A stretch of 13,004 nt of DNA from an uncultured archaeon. Lineage in GTDB: Archaea; Asgardarchaeota; Lokiarchaeia; Sigyniarchaeales; Promethearchaeaceae. The notes beneath the pieces were generated by a model, which ran no database searches, had not been told where the DNA came from, and saw only the letters and a program-made list of their open reading frames with translations. Shown piece after piece: positions 6,762 to 13,004 of this stretch. Made by a program: the position numbers and the translations under genes. How positions within the stretch are numbered: the first letter of the stretch is position 1; each line of letters opens with the position of its first letter. The DNA is taken from positions 1 through 13,004 of the forward strand of contig CAYRPF010000083.1 of NCBI GenBank assembly GCA_964426185.1. Direction: 5' to 3'.

Positions 6762-7523
6762 TTACTTCTTCTGATTTATTGGGTGTAGATCTTGTAAGCG
6801 ATTACGTGGGTCATATAGAGAGAGATCAAGCTGAGATGAGAAATTATAAATTAATTGCTTTAATTCTTTGATTCCTTGTTGGTTTTTGGCGGATGTTTCA
6901 ATTATATCAATTAATCCTTCGGAATCCTCATTAAATACTTCAGATGGAGATTTGGGCATTAAATTTAATTCATTTAAAGCAGTAAAAAGTTTCTCCTTTG
7001 TCTGTTGAAGTCGAAAAGAATTCATTTTGTCAACTTTATTTAAAACTAAAACACTTGGAATTTTTCGTTCTTTCATAAATTGAACTAGTTCTAGGGTGAG
7101 TGGGATGGTGGATTGATTTTTGAAATACCATTTCTCTAATTCTGGTCCCAATCGATCTGCGCTGACAACAATTAGCATCAGAAATATATTTGATTTATCA
7201 AGTTCAATGTAATTCAAAATTTGATCTTGGACTTTTTCTTCTGATTTTCTATCCAATCGCACCATTCGACCAAATCCTGGTAGATCAATCACATGATAAT
7301 TCAATTTTGGATCATTGATTATAGTTAAACGAACCGTGGAACCTGCAGTTTTGCCTACTTTGCCTTTGTACCATTTTGGATGGCTTAATAATAAGCGAGT
7401 GATGCTACTTTTCCCGACATTTGAATTACCTATAAGACAAAGCCGGGGAAAATTTCCACGTGGATAAGAAAATTGAATTTTCCTCTTTTTACTTGCTTTA
7501 TTTGATTTGTTGCTTTTTCCTAT
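6762..7523 (-). CDS. engB: EngB/YihA(YsxC)-family TRAFAC GTPase, extended upstream of the ORF-track call
   Basis: The frame is open from 7559 to the stop at 6762. It contains G1 LIGNSNVGKSS, G2 GKTAGST, G3 DLPGFG, G4 NKVD and G5 TSAK. The track's TTG start at 7304 omits G1 and G2. The start is placed tentatively at ATA 7523. Confidence 0.82.
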   Translation of the reverse strand: MGKSNKSNKASKKRKIQFSYPRGNFPRLCLIGNSNVGKSSITRLLLSHPKWYKGKVGKTAGSTVRLTIINDPKLNYHVIDLPGFGRMVRLDRKSEEKVQDQILNYIELDKSNIFLMLIVVSADRLGPELEKWYFKNQSTIPLTLELVQFMKERKIPSVLVLNKVDKMNSFRLQQTKEKLFTALNELNLMPKSPSEVFNEDSEGLIDIIETSAKNQQGIKELKQLIYNFSSQLDLSLYDPRNRLQDLHPINQKK

Positions 7524-7551
7524 TACGGATTCCTCAATAATTTGTGGATTT

Positions 7552-8418
7552 TTAGATGTCTAAAAATTCATCTTTCAGAAAATCTTGAAACATCTTTTTT
7601 TTCTCAGTTTTAGTCAAAATAGGTCGGTCAGAGATAGGATCACCTACCATACTTAAAATTTCTTTTAAATGCTCTGGATTTACTGAGATGGTCAATTTGC
7701 CTTTCTTAAATTGCACCACTTTTTCGTCATAAAGTTGTAATCGTAAAATGAAGCCTAATCCAAAATAAAACTTATGCTCTTCGATTGGTTCTACTGGATT
7801 TTTACTGGTCACCTCTTTTAGGGCTTCATAAAGTGCTTGTTTTGAAGCTTCATGATCTTCGACATTGAAAACTAAGTGCCATAAGGCATGATAAACTATT
7901 TTATTTCGGCGTGAACTCAAGTATTCAATGAATTTTTCCTTGGATACGGTATTTACGCCCATTTTTTGCTTTTTCTTTTTAATTTCTTCCGCCATACGTG
8001 CTTCCAAATCAGCATCAATTTCAGGTTTAAAAGGAATTTCTTCAGTTTCAGTGGTTGTTTCAGAATTAGTCAAAATGTCGTTAATTTCAAGTTCGTTTCC
8101 ATCTTCAGCAATATTTTCAGCGATAGCTTCTTCTATATCTGCTAGATCTTGATCGGTGAATTCTGAATGATCAATTTCAGAAAATTCAAGCAGTTCTGAA
8201 CGCAGTTCTTCTTCAGTTTCAAGGGTTGAATTGCTATCTTTTTGTGTTTTTTCTTGTAGTTCTTTTTGTTCTTCTTCTTGTGGTTCTTTCTTTAATTCTT
8301 TTGATTTCTCTTCCATTTCTTGATCTTGTAGTTTTTCTAAATCAGAATTAACTTCATCCTCTTGATTTTGGGTGTTTTCGCCCTCTCTTTTTTCATCCTG
8401 GGGATTTGGTTCTTGCAT
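7552..8418 (-). CDS. Hypothetical protein: Glu/Gln-rich low-complexity N-terminal half and a folded ~130-aa C-terminal domain
   Basis: 288-aa ORF with an ATG start. The first ~150 aa are very acidic and likely disordered or coiled; the C-terminus has hydrophobic core patterns (IVYHALWHLVF; FYFGLGFILRL). It lies 28 nt upstream of the proposed GTPase start, so the two are likely co-transcribed. Confidence 0.8.
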   Translation of the reverse strand: MQEPNPQDEKREGENTQNQEDEVNSDLEKLQDQEMEEKSKELKKEPQEEEQKELQEKTQKDSNSTLETEEELRSELLEFSEIDHSEFTDQDLADIEEAIAENIAEDGNELEINDILTNSETTTETEEIPFKPEIDADLEARMAEEIKKKKQKMGVNTVSKEKFIEYLSSRRNKIVYHALWHLVFNVEDHEASKQALYEALKEVTSKNPVEPIEEHKFYFGLGFILRLQLYDEKVVQFKKGKLTISVNPEHLKEILSMVGDPISDRPILTKTEKKKMFQDFLKDEFLDI

Positions 8419-8496
8419 GCTTCTCAGTTAAAGTTAACATTTTGTAACATTTATGGTTACGTATCCTTTTTGTGAAAGCGTTCATTTTGTTCTCCT

Positions 8497-9213
8497 ATGA
8501 GATCAAAGGATGTTCTGGAAGGGATTGAACTAATAATTTTCGATTATGATGGAGTATTATACAACATGATTGAACCTTTGCGTGAAACAGTAATAGAAGG
8601 AACAAAAAAATTTCAACTTCAATCTAATGGTTTGAATGAAGATATGAGAGAGGTTTTTAGGGTATTAGAATTTGCTTTGACCAGAACGGTGGCTGATCAA
8701 ATATTAGATTCAAAAGAGATGCTCGATATTAAGTTATTAGAAGGTTTACCGCTCTTAAAAAAATTGAAGATTGCCACATTCTTTTACGGCAATTTTCGCG
8801 CAAAAACTCAAGAACCTAAATTATTTGATGGAGTAATTGATTTGGTAAAGAAATTAGATGCTCGAAGGATTAAAATGGCAATACTTTCGAATAGCGCAAA
8901 GAAGTATATTGAATCTACTTTAGAATATTATAACCTGACGAAATATTTCTCTTTAATTTTAGGGGCTGCCGAAGTTACTAAGGTAAAACCTGATCCAGAG
9001 GGTTTATTAAAGATTTTGGAAATTGAAGGAGTTAAACCCAAAAACACACTCTTCATAGGTGATATGGTATCGGATATCGATGCTGGTAAAAATGCAAATA
9101 TCAGAACCATTGCTGTAGCCAGCGGTATTCTTCCTAGAGAAAAACTGGAAGATGCTAATCCCTTTGCCATTGTATCGAATATACGCGAGCTTATCGATTT
9201 TTTTGGATTATAA
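8497..9213 (+). CDS. HAD-superfamily hydrolase (phosphoglycolate phosphatase-like, subfamily IA)
   Basis: Motif I IFDYDGVL, motif II ILSNS, motif III KVKPDPEG, motif IV FIGDMVSDIDAGKNA. Confidence 0.92.
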   Translation: MRSKDVLEGIELIIFDYDGVLYNMIEPLRETVIEGTKKFQLQSNGLNEDMREVFRVLEFALTRTVADQILDSKEMLDIKLLEGLPLLKKLKIATFFYGNFRAKTQEPKLFDGVIDLVKKLDARRIKMAILSNSAKKYIESTLEYYNLTKYFSLILGAAEVTKVKPDPEGLLKILEIEGVKPKNTLFIGDMVSDIDAGKNANIRTIAVASGILPREKLEDANPFAIVSNIRELIDFFGL

Positions 9214-9320
9214 AATTTAAATTCTTATGGAAAAGTGCATAGTAAAAATAAAAAAATATGCTCGCTTTAACAACCTAATAGAATAAATCGGATAAAAAAG
9301 TTCTAAAATTAGTGATTAGC

Positions 9321-11396
9321 ATGAAAATACTTATGATTCATAGTAATGGGGCTACCATGAAAAAATACGCCCCTGCTACCTCAAAGCCACAAGAATACTC
9401 CGAAAAAGAACTTCAATTAGAGGGTAAAGTTCTTGTATGTTTCATTTCAGTGGAAGACCAAGATACTTTTGATATTAAAATTATCTCAAAACAAGCCACT
9501 GACGAAATTCTAAACGCAGTGGAGTTAATTGAGACATTTCCACAAAAAATTAAAGAAAAAAACGCAGAAGTGGAAAAATTCAATAAAGGGTTAGAAAAAG
9601 CCAAAGAAAAAGGGTTTAGATTAAACGAAAATCCAAAACAAAAGAAAAATCTCATACTTCCTCCCGAAATGTATAAAGTAGAAAAAATTTTAGTCTATCC
9701 ATGGGCGCATTTAAGCAATTTCCTCAGTCAAGAACCTACTGCTATGGAAGTTTGTCCAACAATTGCAGAAATGTTGAAAGAAAAGGGTTATGATGCCTAC
9801 TTTTCACCATTTGGTTGGTATAAGGCGTTTAATTTGGAATGTTTAGGTCATGAAGTGGCTGAAATGTATCGGGATGTTCCCTTGGCACTTTTATCCACTG
9901 AGGTTCGTGCAAAATCTGTCTTTAAAATTGTTAACCCTGATAAAAGTATTGAATTCTTTTGCGATAGTTCAGAAGAAGGGAAGAAAAAAGCCAAAATTCC
10001 CAAGAAATATCCTAAAGATTTTCGAGATTTCATTAAAGCCGAAGTATTAAGTTCAAGAGAAGTAGGTAGGGAAGAGCCAGCGCACATTAAATTGATGAAA
10101 AGGTTTGAATTGGCTGATTTTGATGATGCCACTGATGCAGGAAATTTGCGATGGTATACCAAAGGATTGTTAATGAAAAATCTACTACGTGAATATGTCG
10201 AAAACCAAGTGGTTGAACATGGTGCCATATATGTTGATACTCCTGTAATGTATACGGTTAAAAATAAAAAACTTACAGCCCAAACTGCTCGATTTCCGGC
10301 GCGAACTTATTGGGTTCACAGTGGAAATAATCGATATCTGCTTAGGTTTGCCTCCGATTTTCTGCTCTTTAACATGTTTTCTCAAATGAATATAAGGGCA
10401 GAACAACTGCCAATTCGTGCTTATGAGTATGAACAGTATGCATTTAGGAGAGAACAAGCAGGGGAATTAGCAGGTTTACGGCGACTTCGTGCATTTACAA
10501 TGCCAGATATGCACACCCTATGCAAGGATTTACCTCAAGCAGTGGAGGAATTTAAGGAACAGTTTATTTTATCCAATAAAATCCTTCATGACCTAAAGCT
10601 AAAATCCTACATGATCATTCGCACTACAGAAGATTTTTGGGAAGAAAATAAGGATTGGATTTTAGAAATAATTTCTTCAGAAGGTGAACCTGCATTAATT
10701 GAATTATGGCCTGAACGTTATTATTATTTCATTTTAAAATATGAACGACCAGTTCTTTCTGCTCAAGGACATACCGCTTGTCTTTGCACAAATCAAATTG
10801 ATGTGGAATCTGCTCAAGAATTTGTGGAACAATATGGCGAAAAGCGGCAAAAATACAACATTCGTTGGCATGATAAAAATGGTAACGAAGGTCATCCAAT
10901 AATTCTCCATAACTCACCTTCTGGCGCCATTGAACGAGTGATCTGGGCCATTTTGGAATCCAGCGAGCGATATAAGGATCAACTTGTTCCAGGATTTCCC
11001 TTTTGGTTGGCCCCTATTCAATGCCGAGTGATGTCTGTTGGAGAAAAGGAGAAGCAATATGCGGAATCTATTGCAAATCAACTAAATGAATTACGAATTC
11101 GCTGTGATTTAGATGATCGTGATGAAAAAATCGGTAAAAAGATTCGAAGCGCTGAAATCGAATGGATTCCTTATACTATTATTGTCGGTGAGAAAGAAAT
11201 GAAAAATCAGACAATTTCGATCCGAAAAAGATTAACCAGATTGCCATATCAAGATAACCATTCAAGTATTCAAATCAATGATATAAAATTAGATAAATTT
11301 GTTAAGGAAATTGATGAATTGATGGATGGATTTCCTCGAAAACCCTTACCCAAGCCTTTCCAACGTTTCAAATCTCGGGTCTTCTTCCGACAATAA
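9321..11396 (+). CDS. thrS: Threonine--tRNA ligase, archaeal type with N-terminal DTD-like editing domain
   Basis: Editing domain MKILMIHS...VYPWAHLS...SPFGWYKAF..CLGH. Class II motif 2 FRREQAGELAGLRRLRAFTMPDMH, motif 3 ILHNSPSGAIER, and anticodon domain WLAPIQCRV...KIRSAEIEWIPY. ATG 9321 is preferred over GTG 9312. Confidence 0.97.
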   Translation: MKILMIHSNGATMKKYAPATSKPQEYSEKELQLEGKVLVCFISVEDQDTFDIKIISKQATDEILNAVELIETFPQKIKEKNAEVEKFNKGLEKAKEKGFRLNENPKQKKNLILPPEMYKVEKILVYPWAHLSNFLSQEPTAMEVCPTIAEMLKEKGYDAYFSPFGWYKAFNLECLGHEVAEMYRDVPLALLSTEVRAKSVFKIVNPDKSIEFFCDSSEEGKKKAKIPKKYPKDFRDFIKAEVLSSREVGREEPAHIKLMKRFELADFDDATDAGNLRWYTKGLLMKNLLREYVENQVVEHGAIYVDTPVMYTVKNKKLTAQTARFPARTYWVHSGNNRYLLRFASDFLLFNMFSQMNIRAEQLPIRAYEYEQYAFRREQAGELAGLRRLRAFTMPDMHTLCKDLPQAVEEFKEQFILSNKILHDLKLKSYMIIRTTEDFWEENKDWILEIISSEGEPALIELWPERYYYFILKYERPVLSAQGHTACLCTNQIDVESAQEFVEQYGEKRQKYNIRWHDKNGNEGHPIILHNSPSGAIERVIWAILESSERYKDQLVPGFPFWLAPIQCRVMSVGEKEKQYAESIANQLNELRIRCDLDDRDEKIGKKIRSAEIEWIPYTIIVGEKEMKNQTISIRKRLTRLPYQDNHSSIQINDIKLDKFVKEIDELMDGFPRKPLPKPFQRFKSRVFFRQ

Positions 11397-11580
11397 TTTT
11401 TATTCTCTTTATTTTGGGACAGAATAATTATTACGGGATATTTTTCCCACGTCCTTTTTTTTGATAAATATATTATTTCTGTTAGTAAATATTCTCAAAA
11501 TCTTATAATAAATTATAAAAAAAATAAAAAACTATGCTGATTTCATTTTCGTAACGACTTTAACATTATGTGATTACCTA

Positions 11581-11715
11581 ATGCCAGAAATTGAAATTGA
11601 TTTTAATATCTTCTTTCCATCTAAACAAATTTTTAACAGTTACCTTGAAATCTTAAAAAGTCAAAAGGTTAATAATGAAATCGGAATTATTCCGGAAAAA
11701 CGGAAATTTTTCTAA
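11581..11715 (+). CDS. Candidate small protein (44 aa)
   Basis: Translated by hand: MPEIEIDFNIFFPSKQIFNSYLEILKSQKVNNEIGIIPEKRKFF*. GTGA lies 7 nt upstream, TATA-like runs at ~11502-11520, and T-rich tracts downstream. It fills an otherwise empty 375-nt gap between convergent genes. Confidence 0.4.
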   Translation: MPEIEIDFNIFFPSKQIFNSYLEILKSQKVNNEIGIIPEKRKFF

Positions 11716-11771
11716 AAAAAGTACTTTACTTCTATATATTGATTTTTTCTCTCTAATTTTTGATTTATAAT

Positions 11772-13004
11772 TTATACATTTTCAAAATCAATTTTGATTG
11801 ATTTGTCTTTTGGCCAGTTTGCGCGTAGAAGGATGTCCCGTGATGCTTCATGTGTTTCAATTATCGGAAATCCTGTTGCTTCGGAGAGCTTTTGGGCGAA
11901 CTCCAATAAATCTTGAAAACTTGGTGCAAAATCTCGTAATTCATGGTTCTGGGCAAATACACCTAAACGATTAGTCAATTCTAATGCATTTGCTTCAACC
12001 GTAAAACCTTTGATATCTATAAAATTAGGTGGATTCTTTTTTAGAATTTTTGCATAATCCTTAACCATATCTGGATTTATATTTAAGAATTTTACAGAGG
12101 TTATTCTAACAACTGTTCTACAAGGTAGTTGGGGTAAAAGTGCCAGAGTTTCTTGCAATCTTTTCCATGAGTCTTTTATCAAAGGGCGAGTTATTTTAGC
12201 ATGTTCTGTTCTAGTTGGAGCAGGGAGTGTAACGTACAATTGGGTCGGCAACATATTATTCTGCCACAATTTCTTAATAACTCCGGGTTTAGTCCCGTTA
12301 GTTACAATGAAAGTGCACATTTTTCGTTTACGAAACTCCGCCACTAATTCTCCAATTTTGGGAAATAAAGTAGGCTCACCTGCAAGAGAAATGGCAGCAT
12401 GCTTGGGATGTTTTGCATTTTCAAAAACTTCGAGAATTTCTTGTTTAGTGGTTACATATTGTTCTATAAGTTTTGAAATGTCTTCTTTTGTTTGCAATTT
12501 ATCGACCATATTATGTTTTAATTCATAATAATCTTCATTGGGATTTTGCAAAATTCCACAATTTTTCAAAAGAAGGACTGCACGGTGAGTTTTCTTCTTA
12601 GTATTTTGCAGATATTTTGCCATTTCAGCAATGGTGTATCTATTATTTTCTGGCGGAGATGATTTTCCTTCCAAATATTTTTGTAAGACTTGATGCATAA
12701 TTTCGAAATTTTCAAGCGAACGATCAAGTGTGATATGCTCAAAAATTAGATTGATGGAATGTCGAATCATTTCATCAACTAGCTTTTTAGGATCGTCAAC
12801 CGGTCCTTTCCAACTTGCTCCAAATGATGCATTTTCAATATCGCGCCAACAAAAAACACATTGGTGATTGCAGAAAGGTAGAGCTGGAGTATTTTGAATG
12901 CAAGTTTCAGAATCAATTCCAAAATAACCTTTATAACAATTTCTATTAGATCTGCCAGTCAATAATTTTTCAGTTAGCCAGTGACAAGGCTTGATCGCAG
13001 AATG
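11772..13004 (-). CDS. taw1: 4-demethylwyosine synthase Taw1/TYW1 (radical SAM tRNA-Phe G37 modification), 5' end off the window
   Basis: The frame is open to the window edge: HSAIKPCHW...CYKGYFGIDSETCIQNTP..CNHQCVFCWR (auxiliary-cluster cysteines, catalytic Lys, CxxxCxxC), then PKHAAISLAGEPTLFP, FIVTNGT, PTQLYVTL, FIDIKGF. Confidence 0.96.
   Translation of the reverse strand, partial: HSAIKPCHWLTEKLLTGRSNRNCYKGYFGIDSETCIQNTPALPFCNHQCVFCWRDIENASFGASWKGPVDDPKKLVDEMIRHSINLIFEHITLDRSLENFEIMHQVLQKYLEGKSSPPENNRYTIAEMAKYLQNTKKKTHRAVLLLKNCGILQNPNEDYYELKHNMVDKLQTKEDISKLIEQYVTTKQEILEVFENAKHPKHAAISLAGEPTLFPKIGELVAEFRKRKMCTFIVTNGTKPGVIKKLWQNNMLPTQLYVTLPAPTRTEHAKITRPLIKDSWKRLQETLALLPQLPCRTVVRITSVKFLNINPDMVKDYAKILKKNPPNFIDIKGFTVEANALELTNRLGVFAQNHELRDFAPSFQDLLEFAQKLSEATGFPIIETHEASRDILLRANWPKDKSIKIDFENV

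Noticed and set aside
7545-7570. Programmed frameshift fusing the acidic protein to the GTPase at GAA TTT TTA GAC ATC TAA
   Set aside because: A -1 shift enters a frame that stops within about 15 codons. The GTPase frame is +1 and is blocked by TAG at 7560-7562, and no plausible +1 shift site follows.
1050-12528. Short overlapping track ORFs (1050-1280, 1784-1984, 2810-3199, 5344-5526, 6256-6471, 7928-8152, 8928-9170, 9413-9655, 9848-10228, 9850-10050, 10185-10457, 10729-10917, 12307-12528)
   Set aside because: They are antisense or off-frame shadows of well-supported genes and have no motifs of their own.
12453-12737. Intein as the explanation for the Taw1 insertion
   Set aside because: No N-terminal Cys/Ser block A, no C-terminal His-Asn followed by Cys/Ser/Thr at the insert boundaries, and the insert is too short.

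Overview
AT-rich archaeal housekeeping region, most consistent with an Asgard archaeon (Lokiarchaeia-like). This assignment is inferred from the combination of eS26, archaeal TFB, Gar1, archaeal-type ThrRS, Taw1 and a roadblock-like ORF. Gene order: mobB (partial, -), a NOB1-like PIN nuclease fused to TPR-like helices (+), a hypothetical (+), rps26e (-), a CDP-alcohol phosphatidyltransferase (-), an unannotated ~335-nt GC-enriched structured RNA candidate (-), a roadblock-like protein (+), tfb (-), gar1 (-), an EngB-like GTPase with no canonical start codon (-), an acidic hypothetical (-), a HAD phosphatase (+), thrS (+), a candidate 44-aa ORF (+) and taw1/tyw1 (partial, -). No mobile element, CRISPR array, tRNA or rRNA is visible. 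The strongest unexplained signal is the structured RNA at 4159-4493, which does not fit canonical RNase P or SRP motifs. Other notable points are the PIN-TPR fusion, a winged-helix insertion inside Taw1, an apparent Cys-to-Asp change at the ThrRS zinc site, and a probable ATA start for the GTPase. All folding and alignments were done by eye.
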